Shown: positions 1-11,003, counted from the first letter of the stretch. The stretch: DNA of 41,770 nt from Acidobacteriota bacterium (GCA_040004075.1 JBDUBP010000275.1:1-41770), one strand, 5' to 3'. Notes: generated by a model not told the origin, from the sequence alone. Made by a program: numbers and translations.

Positions 1-329
1 GCCGCCTCGATCGTCGGCAGCCCGGCGGCGATCCGGCGGTCGTTCTCGTAAGCCTGGTTCATGGCGAACCAGAAGAAGAACCCGACTAAGAAAATCATCC
101 CGACGATCGGCACGTTGTCGGGCAACGAGGCGACCGCGTTGAAGTTCGGGTCGAGGTACGAAAGGCCCATCCCGCCGCCGATCGCGATCAGGAGGAAGAG
201 GCCGCCGCGCTTCGACCAGAGCAGTTTCGAGCGCAGCCCCACGAGGAGCAGCACCAGCATCGCCGTCACGAGGTACTGCGGAGCGGACAGAAAATTGACG
301 GCGGACTTGAAGGCGTTGATGACGGGCAT
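1..329 (-). CDS. Cytochrome b6 subunit IV / QcrC-like membrane protein, 5' part (runs off window edge)
   Basis: Manual translation from ATG at 329: MPVINAFKSAVNFLSAPQYLVTAMLVLLLVGL...YLDPNFNAVASLPDNVPIVGMIFLVGFFFWFAMNQAYEND. Several TM segments; lies directly downstream of a split cyt b6 gene; not in the ORF track because it has no stop inside the window. Confidence 0.7.
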   Translation of the reverse strand, partial: MPVINAFKSAVNFLSAPQYLVTAMLVLLLVGLRSKLLWSKRGGLFLLIAIGGGMGLSYLDPNFNAVASLPDNVPIVGMIFLVGFFFWFAMNQAYENDRRIAAGLPTIEA

Positions 330-351
330 GAGAGCTAGGCCTGCCTCCGTT

Positions 352-381
352 CGCCTTCCGCCTTCCGCCTTCCGCCTTCCG
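352..381. repeat. Heptamer tandem array (GCCTTCC)x4
   Basis: Four perfect GCCTTCC copies at 353-380 between cyt b6 and the subunit IV-like gene. Confidence 0.9.
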
Positions 382-387
382 TCCTCA

Positions 388-1176
388 TCACGCCGGCCCC
401 GAGATGCCGCCGTCCTTCCGGACGCGCCAGAAGTGGACCGCCATCAGGAACGCCGCGATCAGGGGGATGCCGACGCAGTGGAGGACGTAGAAGCGGAGAA
501 GGGCTCCCGCGCCGACGAATCGCCCGCCGAGCAGGCCGAAGCGCGCGTCGTTCGTCGACGTGACGAGCGGGATGTCGCCGATCTTCAGAAGGCCGGTCCC
601 CGGCCCCTGGATTCCCATGAGGGGCGTCGCGGAAGCCATGTTGGAACCGACCGTGATCGCCCAGATCGCGAGCTGGTCCCACGGGAGCAGGTATCCGGTG
701 AACGACAGCAGCAGGGTCAGCACGAGGAGGATCACGCCGATCACCCAGTTGAACTCGCGCGGCGGCTTGTAGGAGCCCGTCATGAAGACGCGGAACATGT
801 GGATCCAGACCGAGATCACCATCGCGTGCGCGCCCCACCGGTGCACCTCGCGCATGATCCCGAACGGGACCTGCTCCCGGAGATCCAGGATGTCGACGAA
901 GGCGTACTCGACGGTCGGCCGGTAATAGAACATGAGGAGAAGGCCCGTGAACGTCAGCACGAGAAAGAGGAAGAAGGTGACGCCGCCCGCGCACCACGTG
1001 TAGCGCATCTTGACGCCGGACTTGCGGGTCTTGACCGGGTGCAGATGCAGGACGACGTTGCCGAGCATCGCAAGGACGCGCTTGCGGTTGGTGTTCGGGA
1101 TGCCGACCCGGAAGATGGACTTCCAGAACTGGCTCGCGACAATCTGCTCTTGTATCTGGCGCCAACGAGGAACCAA
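388..1176 (-). CDS. petB: Cytochrome b6 (N-terminal, split cytochrome b)
   Basis: Heme-ligand His pairs ([23 protein letters not shown]; YVLHC...AVHFW), [17 protein letters not shown]-terminal GGISGP, TWCAGG Cys at the heme ci site. TTG start is uncertain. Confidence 0.93.
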   Translation of the reverse strand: MVPRWRQIQEQIVASQFWKSIFRVGIPNTNRKRVLAMLGNVVLHLHPVKTRKSGVKMRYTWCAGGVTFFLFLVLTFTGLLLMFYYRPTVEYAFVDILDLREQVPFGIMREVHRWGAHAMVISVWIHMFRVFMTGSYKPPREFNWVIGVILLVLTLLLSFTGYLLPWDQLAIWAITVGSNMASATPLMGIQGPGTGLLKIGDIPLVTSTNDARFGLLGGRFVGAGALLRFYVLHCVGIPLIAAFLMAVHFWRVRKDGGISGPA

Positions 1177-1212
1177 AAAGACCTCCGCTTTCGAGTGCGA
1201 CCGGGGCGAGCC

Positions 1213-1755
1213 TCAGACCATCTTCACGAATGCCTTGGGATCGCTCCACTGCCCTCGTTCGTAGAGATACCGCGTGGCCTTATCGACGACGATCTGTCCG
1301 TCGTCGGGGGAAAGCGTGATCTCGGCGCGCTCGAGCGGCCGGGGAGCGGGACCCTCGAAGTTGATCCCGGAGACGTAATAGCCCGATCCGTGGCACGGGC
1401 ACTTGAACTTGTTCTGGGCGGCGAGCCAGTTCGGCGTGCAGCCCAAGTGCACGCACACCGCGACGAGGGCGTAGATCGACTCGGTGTTCCGCACGATCCA
1501 GACTCCGTACTTTTCCTTCCAGCGCTCGTCGACACCCGGGCTGTAGGTGGAAGGCTCGCCCGCCTTGAACCGCGTGGGCGGCTCGAAGAGCACGTTCGGG
1601 AAGAGGAACCGGACGGTGGCGGTGAGTCCGACGACGGTCGCGGCGGTGAAGCCGAGCCACGCGGCGGTCATCCACTTCAGTGTGGAGCGTCGTGTGAGTC
1701 CGTCGGCGAGGACCTCGTCCGAGGGAGAGGGGACCTGTTTTTCTGCCGTGGCCAT
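1213..1755 (-). CDS. petC: Rieske [2Fe-2S] subunit of Rieske/cytochrome b complex
   Basis: CVHLGC and CPCHGS boxes, twin-Arg LTRRSTL followed by TM helix, GPAPRPL. Confidence 0.95.
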   Translation of the reverse strand: MATAEKQVPSPSDEVLADGLTRRSTLKWMTAAWLGFTAATVVGLTATVRFLFPNVLFEPPTRFKAGEPSTYSPGVDERWKEKYGVWIVRNTESIYALVAVCVHLGCTPNWLAAQNKFKCPCHGSGYYVSGINFEGPAPRPLERAEITLSPDDGQIVVDKATRYLYERGQWSDPKAFVKMV

Positions 1756-1764
1756 CGGTCCGGC

Positions 1765-2733
1765 TCAGACTACCAAAAGCGCGGCGCGCCGCTCAAGGAT
1801 TCGCGAGGTCTTCGCCGGAGAACCGGCCGGCACTCCTCGCGTCGCATCCGCCGCGCGGCGAGCCGCCTCGCGCACACGCAGGTTCGGGTCCTCGCGCGCG
1901 ACGCGGTCGATGAGCGCGAGGCTGCCCGGGTCTCGCAGCACGGCGAGCGCCTGCAGGGCGGACACCATCGCGGTTTCCGCCTGTTCCGTCGAAAGGTTCG
2001 CCTGGCGTGAGAGCGCGCCCCGATCGATCATGCCGCGCAGCACCTCCAGGCCCGAGCCGTCGTGCAGAAGAGCGAGCGCGATCGCGGCGTTCCACCGGAC
2101 GTCGGCGACCGGGTCTCCCAGCAGGACGCGAAGACGGAGAGCGGCGCGGGGGTCGCCGAGCTTTCCGAGGACGTACGCCGCCATCTTCCGGGCGCCCGCG
2201 TCCTCAGACGACGAGCTCTCGATGACCGGATCGACGGCGCGGCGGTCTCCGAGCATCCCGAGGCCCCAGATCGCGTAGAGCCGCGTCTCCGGATCGTCGT
2301 CCCGCGCGGCCGTGAGCAGCTGCGGAAGCGCCGCGCGGTCCTGCAGCTTCCCGAGGACGAGGACGAGGTAGCGCCGGACCTTCACGTCGTCCGCACGCTT
2401 GCCGGAAAGCCCGTCGAAGACCCGGCGGGTCTCCGCCGAGAGAGCGTCGCGCTCGGGGCCGGGAGCCATGTGGCCGATCGTGCGCGAGAGCTCGAAGGCC
2501 GCCTGCCAGCGGCGGTTGGCCGTACCTCCGCGGACTTCGGCGAGCTCGTCGGCCGGCGACCGGCGCTCGAACGTCATGAGGTTGAAGACGAAGAAGATGA
2601 CGAGGGCGGTGCCGACGACCAGGAGCGGGAGGACGAAGAACCGCGCGACGGTGGCCCCGCGCGCCGCCGGTCCTTCCTCTTCTTCCGACTCCCCGGGGGC
2701 CGAACCGGAATCCGCGCGCGGGTCGTCGGTCAC
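1765..2733 (-). CDS. Membrane-anchored HEAT/PBS-lyase-like repeat protein
   Basis: N-terminal TM (FFVLPLLVVGTALVIFFVF); repeated D..VR..A...LG.LGD motifs; GTG start overlaps the ferredoxin stop (GTGA). Confidence 0.85.
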   Translation of the reverse strand: MTDDPRADSGSAPGESEEEEGPAARGATVARFFVLPLLVVGTALVIFFVFNLMTFERRSPADELAEVRGGTANRRWQAAFELSRTIGHMAPGPERDALSAETRRVFDGLSGKRADDVKVRRYLVLVLGKLQDRAALPQLLTAARDDDPETRLYAIWGLGMLGDRRAVDPVIESSSSEDAGARKMAAYVLGKLGDPRAALRLRVLLGDPVADVRWNAAIALALLHDGSGLEVLRGMIDRGALSRQANLSTEQAETAMVSALQALAVLRDPGSLALIDRVAREDPNLRVREAARRAADATRGVPAGSPAKTSRILERRAALLVV

Positions 2734-3176
2734 AGGGCCGGGAGGTATCTCTTCGCGGATGTGATCGGGTTCGGAACGAAAATCGCGTCCTTTTCACAGA
2801 CGGTCTCGCACAGGCGGCAGGAGACGCAAGGGCCCGCATCGACCTCCGCGATCTTGTGAAACGTCTCCTTCAAAGGGTCCTCGATCAGGTAGATGCAGTC
2901 GAACGGACAGATGTCGATGCAGAACTCGCACCCGGTGCAGAGGTCCCGGTCGACGATCGCCTTCGGAATGTCGCGGGGTTTGACCTTCTCGACGAGCAGG
3001 CCGCGGTTGTCCTGGATGCAGGAAACCGGGCAGTACCGGGCGCAGACGGAGCAGTCGATGCACCGGTCCTCGTGAATGACGTATTTCTCGCTCTTGTCAC
3101 CCGTGATCGTGTGCGTGGGGCACTTGATTTCGCACACCCCGCACCCGATGCACGTGTCTGTAATGAAATGAGGCAT
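2730..3176 (-). CDS. Polyferredoxin with four [4Fe-4S] motifs (148 aa)
   Basis: Start reassigned to ATG 3176 (MPHFITDT; GAGGGA upstream). Motifs CIGCGVCEIKCP, CIDCSVCARYCP, CTGCEFCIDICP, CVSCRLCETVCE. Confidence 0.92.
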   Translation of the reverse strand: MPHFITDTCIGCGVCEIKCPTHTITGDKSEKYVIHEDRCIDCSVCARYCPVSCIQDNRGLLVEKVKPRDIPKAIVDRDLCTGCEFCIDICPFDCIYLIEDPLKETFHKIAEVDAGPCVSCRLCETVCEKDAIFVPNPITSAKRYLPAL

Positions 3177-3290
3177 TTCTCGCAAGTCCCTCGCGGAGAG
3201 CAGGTTCGTCCGCAGAGGCAAAAATATCACAAGGGGAGGACTCGATGGCGGCCTCCGTGGGCCTTGGGTTGCCTCGAACCGGCTTGAGAG

Positions 3291-3436
3291 CTCCCTCTCC
3301 CGCACCCGGGGAGAGGGCTGGGATGAGGGGTGGTCTCTCTGTTGATCGAGTCCTTGCTGGCGGCTGGCCCCCCCGGCTCGCGTCCTGACTGTGATGAAGA
3401 GACGAGGAGGCCTGGTGGCGAGCCGGGACTTACACA
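3291..3436. repeat. Composite palindromic intergenic element, copy 1 (REP-like CCCTCTCCC..GGGAGAGGG hairpin plus CCGGCTCGC..GCGAGCCGG-bounded unit)
   Basis: Hairpin at 3291-3330; 54-bp unit at 3373-3426 with 9-bp terminal inverted repeats; the reverse complement resembles 9974-10197. Confidence 0.75.
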
Positions 3437-3491
3437 GCCGGCGAGCCGGTCCATACCCTGCCTGGAACCTTTCCTGCCAGAATACGTTCCC

Positions 3492-4058
3492 ATGGGCATG
3501 AGAGAAGTCCGCGCGGTCGTGCTCGGTCTCATCGTGGTGATTCTGGGAGCGCTCGCTCTCTCGATGTGGCAGCGCCCCGCCCGCGAGTTCCGCCGGGTCC
3601 GCGGGTATCGGGTCGAGATCCGGAAGGCGGAGAACGGCGGCAATCGCCACGTGGCGTTCACGGTGCCGATCAGCCTCGTCGCCCGGATGGCCTCGCTCGT
3701 CCCCGTCTCGGACATCGGCGGCAACATGCGGGCGGACTTCGGCGACGGCGAGATCACCGCCCGCGACATCCTCGAGGCGGGAAACGGCAGCGCCCCCGGC
3801 AAGCCGGGAGTCATCACCCGCGGGCACTCGCGTATCGAGGTGCTCTCCGACGGCGCCGTTCTGGACATCCAGGCCAAAGACGACTGGGACAAGAGCGTGC
3901 ACATCCGGGTGCCCCGGGCGCTCGTCGAGTCCCTGTCGAAGGAGAGCCGGGTGTCTCCCAAAGACATCCTCCGACGGCTCGACGAGCTCGGCCCGGGAGA
4001 CATCGTTTCGATCAAGGACCGGGACAACGACGTCACGATCACGGCGCAGGGGAAGTAG
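3492..4058 (+). CDS. Hypothetical membrane-anchored/exported protein with internal two-fold repeat
   Basis: ATG at 3492 or 3498; hydrophobic N-terminus (AVVLGLIVVILGALAL); repeated segments RHVAFTVPISLV and KSVHIRVPRALV. Confidence 0.8.
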   Translation: MGMREVRAVVLGLIVVILGALALSMWQRPAREFRRVRGYRVEIRKAENGGNRHVAFTVPISLVARMASLVPVSDIGGNMRADFGDGEITARDILEAGNGSAPGKPGVITRGHSRIEVLSDGAVLDIQAKDDWDKSVHIRVPRALVESLSKESRVSPKDILRRLDELGPGDIVSIKDRDNDVTITAQGK

Positions 4059-4137
4059 TTGTCAGTTGTTCAGTTGTCAGTCGTCAGTTCTGGAAAGCCG
4101 GGAGCTGGAGACTGAAAACTGAACACTGAAAACTGAC
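4057..4137. repeat. Inverted pair of heptamer arrays (AGTYGTC)n ... (ACTGAAM)n
   Basis: Left arm 4057-4089 and right arm 4111-4137 are approximately complementary. TCAGTTGTCAGTCGTCAGTT and a central GCCGGGA are shared with 20496-20577. Confidence 0.85.
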
Positions 4138-4164
4138 TCGGAATCCTCCCCCTCCCGCCGGGGT

Positions 4165-4170
4165 TATCGT
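4165..4170 (+). promoter_or_regulatory. Putative -10 box of a leaderless transcript
   Basis: TATCGT 6 nt before ATG 4177; no Shine-Dalgarno in between. Confidence 0.5.
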
Positions 4171-4176
4171 CTCGCC

Positions 4177-6214
<2,038 letters not shown>

Positions 6215-6222
<8 letters not shown>

Positions 6223-6664
6223 TCCCGGTCCGGCGGAGCGCTCGCGCCTGCGGATCGTCCCTCCGGGCGAGCCGCCGCCGGTCCGGCGCGCGCGGCGACC
6301 GGGCCCCGCCGTTCTTCTCGTTCTGCTTTACGGGGCGATTTTCGCAGCGGGTCTCTGGTGGTTGCGGGCGCGCAGCCCGCTCTTCCGCGCCCGTCGCGCC
6401 GGGCCTTCGGGCACGAGCGCTCCTCCGGCGGCGGGCCGGGGCTCGCTTCCCCCGCTAGCGGCCGCGTCGCTGCCGGACCGGCGCAGGGCGCTTCTCGCCG
6501 GGGAAGGGCTCTCGGGGGCCTCGGCGGAAAAATACGCGGAGAGGCTCGCGGCGGAGCACTGCACCTGCGGGTGCGATCTCGCCCTGAACCTATGCCTCGC
6601 GCGCGACACCTCCTGCACGAGAAGTCCGGAGCTCGCGGAGCGGATCCGGGACTCCTTGCGATGA
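6215..6664 (+). CDS. Small membrane protein with C-terminal CxCGC...C...C domain (149 aa)
   Basis: ATG 6215 overlaps the yyaL end by 8 nt; [21 protein letters not shown]; [21 protein letters not shown]; stop overlaps the HDAC start (ATGA). Confidence 0.75.
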
Positions 6665-7818
6665 GCGCTGCGACCGGGATCCTCTTCGACGAGCGACTCC
6701 AGTCGCACGCCGCTCCCTACGAGCATCCGGAGAGGCCGGCGCGGCTGGCGGCGATCGAGGCGCGCCTGGCGGCGGACGGACTCACGTCGCGGTGCCGGAG
6801 GGTCCCCGCGCGGGAGGCGACCCGTGAGGAGCTCCTCGCGGTCCATTCCGCGGGGCACATCGACGAGATCGCGGCGACCGCGGACCGCACGTACACGTCC
6901 CTCGATCCGGAAACGTACGCGTCGGCCGGCTCCGCGCTCGCGGCCCGCCTCGCCGCGGGCGGTCTCGTCGATCTGACGCTCGACGTCCTGAGAGGCGAGC
7001 TTCGGAACGGCCTCGCCCTCGTCCGGCCGCCGGGACACCACGCCGAAGAGGATCGCGCGATGGGGTTCTGCCTGTTCAACAACGTGGCGGTCGCCGCGAA
7101 AGCGGCGCAGAGCGACTTCGTCGCAAGGAGCGCGCGGAGCGAAATCGTCGCCGGGGCCTCGCCGAGCGAAATCGTCGCCGGGGCCGCGCAAAGCGCCACA
7201 ATCGCGAGGGCCGCCCCGAACGCCGAAGCGCCGCGCGTCCTGATCGTCGACTGGGACGTTCACCACGGCAACGGCACCCAGAACACGTTCTGGGACGACG
7301 CGAGCGTCCTCTACTTCTCGACGCACCAGTGGCCGTTCTATCCCGGGACCGGCGCCACCGGCGAGACGGGCGGGGTCGGCGCACCCGGACGGACCGTCAA
7401 CGTCGCGTGGCCGGCAGGCCGCGGCGACGCTGACCACCTGGCCGCGTTCGACGAAATCCTTCTGCCGATCGCCCGCGAATTCGAGCCCGACCTGGTCCTC
7501 GTCTCGTGTGGGTTCGACGCCGCCCGGGGCGACCTTCTCGGCCAGCAGCTCGTGTCGGCCGGGGGGTACGCCGAGCTGACCGCGCGGCTTCAAACCCTCG
7601 CAGGGGGGAAGGTCGTTCTCGCGCTCGAAGGCGGATACGCCCTCGAAGCCATCGCCGAGGCCGCCGCCGCCTGCCTGCGAACGCTGCTCGGCGACCCGGT
7701 CCGCGGAGCGGAGGCCGGCGAACCGTCGGCAGCGGCCCGCGACGTGATCGCGGATGTCAGGGAAGCGCACAGGCCCTACTGGAGAGCGCTTCAGGGGACG
7801 GGAGGGGAAAGGGGGTAG
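6661..7818 (+). CDS. Zn-dependent histone deacetylase-family amidohydrolase
   Basis: Start reassigned to ATG 6661. HPERPARL, RPPGHHA, GFCLFNN, DWDVHHGNGTQ, GFDA, LEGGY. Confidence 0.95.
   Translation: MSAATGILFDERLQSHAAPYEHPERPARLAAIEARLAADGLTSRCRRVPAREATREELLAVHSAGHIDEIAATADRTYTSLDPETYASAGSALAARLAAGGLVDLTLDVLRGELRNGLALVRPPGHHAEEDRAMGFCLFNNVAVAAKAAQSDFVARSARSEIVAGASPSEIVAGAAQSATIARAAPNAEAPRVLIVDWDVHHGNGTQNTFWDDASVLYFSTHQWPFYPGTGATGETGGVGAPGRTVNVAWPAGRGDADHLAAFDEILLPIAREFEPDLVLVSCGFDAARGDLLGQQLVSAGGYAELTARLQTLAGGKVVLALEGGYALEAIAEAAAACLRTLLGDPVRGAEAGEPSAAARDVIADVREAHRPYWRALQGTGGERG
7111..7218 (+). repeat. Four degenerate in-frame 27-bp tandem repeats inside the HDAC gene
   Basis: Units start at 7111, 7138, 7165 and 7192 (each begins AGCG); units 2 and 3 share AGCGAAATCGTCGCCGGGGCC. 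Confidence 0.85.
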
Positions 7819-7968
7819 GCGGGAGGCGGACGGGGACGACCGGAGCCGGGAGCCGAGCGACCAAAGGGAGCGAGACGGCGCGGTACTCCGCGGTCAACTA
7901 GATCGGAGATCCAAAGCCGGGAAACGAAAACCGGAAGCGAGGCGTCACCCCGCACCCGGCTCCGCATG

Positions 7969-7989
7969 AACGCTCGACGCTCAACGCTC
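7969..7989. repeat. Heptamer array (RACGCTC)x3
   Basis: AACGCTC GACGCTC AACGCTC; same unit as at 21413-21429. Confidence 0.75.
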
Positions 7990-8005
7990 CCTCAGGCCCG
8001 CGGAC

Positions 8006-9943
8006 TTACTTCAGTAAATTCTCCTTCATGAACTCGACCGCGGCGTAGAACTGAAAGTCCTGGTTGCGCTTCTTGGCGAACCCGTGCCCTTCGTCCTTCG
8101 CCATCAGGAACCAGACCGGCGCGCCGTTTTTCCGGACGGTGGCGACCATCTGCTCGGACTCGTTGCGCGGAACTCGCGGGTCGTTCGCGCCCTGAACGAC
8201 GAACAGGGGCTTCGTAATCTTCGACGCCGAGGTGAGCGGAGAGATCTTCTGCAGAAACTCCCTCATCTTCGGATCGCGCTCGTCTCCATACTCGACGCGC
8301 CGCAGGTCCCGCCGGTATGCCTCGGTCTTCTCCAGAAACGTGACGAAGTTGGAGATCCCGACCACGTCGAGCGAGCAGCGGATCCGGTCGTTGTAGGCGA
8401 CCGCTGACGCGAGCGTCATGAATCCGCCGTAGCTGCCGCCTGTGACCATGATCCGGTCGGCGTCGAGGTCCGGCCGCGTGCGGATCCAGTCGAGCAGCGC
8501 CCCGATGTCCCTGACCGAGTCCTCGCGGAGGGTGCCGTTGTCGAGCTTGGAAAACGTCTTCCCGAATCCCGTCGAACCCCGCACGTTGGGAAACAGCATC
8601 GCCAGGCCGAGCTCGTTCATGAAGTAGTTGTTGCGGCCGAGATACGCGGGACGCGACTGTCCCTCGGGGCCGCCGTGAATGTTCACGATTACGGGGCGCT
8701 TTCCGGGAAACCGCCCGCCCGGCTTGTACAGGAAACCCGAGATCAGTTTGCCGTCGAAGCTCTTCCATCGCACGAGCTCCGGCTCGCTGAAGCTCTCGGG
8801 ATTCAGCCCGCCCGTCTCGCTCTCCGTCCAGCGTTCGAGTTTTCCCGCGGCGGCGTCGAACGAGTACACGTCGGAGGGCGAGTGAGCGCTCGAGAAGCTG
8901 AAGCCGAGATCGCGGCCGTTCTCGTGCCAGTGGAGCGCTCCGATCGTCCCGAGAGGCAGACCCGGAACCCGGAGCTCCTTGCCCGAATCGACCTCCAGCA
9001 CCCGGAGGACGCTCGCGCCCTCCTCGTCAGTCACGTAGGCGATCCGTTTTCCATCGCGGGTGACGTCGAAGTCCTCGACGTCCCACGGAATCTTTCCAGT
9101 GAGCACCGTCTGCCGGCCCGAAGCCAGATCGAGGCGGACGAGACGCTGGAACTCGGCATCCTTGTCTGTGGTCGTGTAGATCGCGTTTGCGCCCGGAACG
9201 AACTCGCCGGATCCGTAGGAGACCTTCTCGCCCGGACCCTTCGGAGTCACGAGGGTCTTGACGCCGGTCGCAGCGTCGACGAGCCAGAGGTAGGACTCGT
9301 TGACGGAAAGCGCTTCGACGACCAGAAGCTTCTTCGCGTCCGCCGACCAGTCGACGGCCTGCCAGCCTCCGCCCGAGAGCTCCGCGAGGCGCCGGTCGGT
9401 CTTCGGGTCGGAAGGATCCTGGACGTAGAGGTCGGTGTCCTGCCCGTTGCGCCGCGTGGAGCTGTAGGCCATCCACTTTCCGTCGTGGGATCCCAAGGCG
9501 CCGCTGTTGCGCGATTTGCCGTCGGTCAGAAGCGTCACGGCGCCCGTCGCGAGGTCGTCGCGGTAGAGCTGGAAAAACTCTCCGCCGCCGACGTCCTTCG
9601 AGAAGACGAAGAACTGGCCGCGCGCGGACTGGAAGGCGGCTCCTCCGACGCGATCCGGAAAGAAGGTGAGCTGCCGGCGCGCTCCGCCAGGGTTCTTCAC
9701 GAGATGCACCTGCGCCGTGTCCGCGAACCGGGTTGTGATCAACATCTCCCGGCGGGTGGGATGCCAGCTTGCGAACCCGGCGGATCGGCTCTCGGTATAC
9801 GGCCGGACCGATTCGGCGATCGCCGCGGGAACCGGCGGGATCCCTTCGACGACCAGGTTTTCGTTGGGGACGATCGAGCCCGACTGAGCCAGGACGACCG
9901 ATGCGGCGAGCACCGCGGCAAATCCCAGAGTGACGAATTTCAT
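8006..9943 (-). CDS. Secreted S9 family (prolyl oligopeptidase / acylaminoacyl peptidase-like) peptidase
   Basis: Signal peptide; beta-propeller-like repeats; HGGPE, GGSYGG nucleophile, GANDPRV Asp, DEGHGF His; GAAGGGA RBS. Confidence 0.95.
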   Translation of the reverse strand: MKFVTLGFAAVLAASVVLAQSGSIVPNENLVVEGIPPVPAAIAESVRPYTESRSAGFASWHPTRREMLITTRFADTAQVHLVKNPGGARRQLTFFPDRVGGAAFQSARGQFFVFSKDVGGGEFFQLYRDDLATGAVTLLTDGKSRNSGALGSHDGKWMAYSSTRRNGQDTDLYVQDPSDPKTDRRLAELSGGGWQAVDWSADAKKLLVVEALSVNESYLWLVDAATGVKTLVTPKGPGEKVSYGSGEFVPGANAIYTTTDKDAEFQRLVRLDLASGRQTVLTGKIPWDVEDFDVTRDGKRIAYVTDEEGASVLRVLEVDSGKELRVPGLPLGTIGALHWHENGRDLGFSFSSAHSPSDVYSFDAAAGKLERWTESETGGLNPESFSEPELVRWKSFDGKLISGFLYKPGGRFPGKRPVIVNIHGGPEGQSRPAYLGRNNYFMNELGLAMLFPNVRGSTGFGKTFSKLDNGTLREDSVRDIGALLDWIRTRPDLDADRIMVTGGSYGGFMTLASAVAYNDRIRCSLDVVGISNFVTFLEKTEAYRRDLRRVEYGDERDPKMREFLQKISPLTSASKITKPLFVVQGANDPRVPRNESEQMVATVRKNGAPVWFLMAKDEGHGFAKKRNQDFQFYAAVEFMKENLLK

Positions 9944-9973
9944 ACGGATCCCTTCATTTTTTTGGGGGTCAAT

Positions 9974-10197
9974 TGTATAAGTCCGGGCTCGAGTGTGTCT
10001 GTCCGGCTCGCCTCCCGCCGGAGTCGCCTCCTCACCACGGTCAGGACGCGAGCCGGCTCGCTCCTCCCCTCTCTACCCGCGGCAGCGGGGGGAGGAGGAA
10101 GAGTGAGGGGGGCGAGAGGCAAGGCGCATCGCTGGCACAATCACCAGAGCGCCTGCGGCTCACCCCAACCCTCTCCCCGGCCGCGGGAAGAGGAAGG
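9974..10197. repeat. Composite palindromic intergenic element, copy 2
   Basis: TGTATAAGTCCGGGCTCG at 9974; CCGGCTCGC..GCGAGCCGG unit at 10003-10056; two oppositely oriented REP-like hairpins at about 10064-10112 and 10159-10197. Confidence 0.75.
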
Positions 10198-10240
10198 TGG
10201 CGCCGGAGCCCCGCACCGCGTAACATCACCCAGCCCCATC

Positions 10241-10987
10241 ATGCGATTGCACATTTCCCGGGCAGACGCGCGGCGTCTGCGCACGTCGGCCGTGCGCACC
10301 GCCGCCTTCGCGACCCTCCTGCTGCCTTCCTACGCACTCCTGGCGTACGTGCTGCTGCCCGCCGCCTGGCGGAGCCCCGCGACCCGCCTCCTGCAGCCGC
10401 CCGCGGAGCGCGTCACGTTCACGCGTGAGGGCATCCCTTCCGATCCCCTGAACGTGGCGCTCGTCGGCAGCCGCGAATCGGTCGTCGAGGGAATGGGGTC
10501 CGCCGGGTGGAATCTCGCCGACCCGATCACGTTTCGGTCGGGCCTCCGAGACGCCCACAGCGTTCTCTTCGGCCGGCCGTACGAGACCGCGCCGGTGAGC
10601 ACGCAATACCTCTGGAACCGGCCGCAGGATCTCGCGTTCGAGAAGACGGTCGGCGGAAGCCCGCGCCGCCGCCATCACGCACGGTTCTGGGCAACAGCCC
10701 GGCCGCCCGATTCCTCGAGAACCGTCTGGATCGGCGCGGCGACCTACGACCTGAACGTCGGCGTCAGTTACCGGACGGGCGAAGTCATGCACCACATCGA
10801 CGAGGACGTCGACGCCGAACGGGCGCGCCTCTTCGCGGATCTCGACCGCGCCGTCCGGCTCGCGCACACGACGCGGGTGGAAAACTATCGCGCCGCGGGC
10901 ACCGGACAGAACGGCGGGGGCGACGACTACCGGACGGACGGCGCCATCCTGATCGGGACCCTCATCGGCCCGACGCCGGGGCGCTGA
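10241..10987 (+). CDS. Stand-alone LssY C-terminal domain protein
   Basis: Start reassigned to ATG 10241. GIPSDPLNVALVG, APVSTQYLWNRPQDLAFE, RHHARFW, WIGAATYD, HHIDEDVDAER; N-terminal TM. Confidence 0.88.
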   Translation: MRLHISRADARRLRTSAVRTAAFATLLLPSYALLAYVLLPAAWRSPATRLLQPPAERVTFTREGIPSDPLNVALVGSRESVVEGMGSAGWNLADPITFRSGLRDAHSVLFGRPYETAPVSTQYLWNRPQDLAFEKTVGGSPRRRHHARFWATARPPDSSRTVWIGAATYDLNVGVSYRTGEVMHHIDEDVDAERARLFADLDRAVRLAHTTRVENYRAAGTGQNGGGDDYRTDGAILIGTLIGPTPGR

Positions 10988-11003
10988 GACCTCTTACCGC
11001 CGA

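Noticed and set aside
61-2010. 649-aa plus-strand ORF and similar long antisense or off-frame ORFs (e.g. 4084-5748, 12806-14698, 16355-18451, 25595-27337, 39335-40954)
   Set aside because: Shadow ORFs of well-supported genes in high-GC DNA; R/G/A/P-rich with no recognisable motifs.
3177-3902. N-terminal extension of the ferredoxin ORF (390 aa in the track)
   Set aside because: It overlaps the opposite-strand gene and the palindromic element; the ferredoxin begins at ATG 3176.
7819-8005. Terminator between the convergent HDAC and S9 peptidase genes
   Set aside because: No clear stem followed by a U-tract on either strand.
8675-10240. Long N-terminal extension of the LssY_C ORF (770 aa in the track)
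   Set aside because: It is antisense to the S9 peptidase and crosses a repeat element; the recognisable protein starts near 10241.
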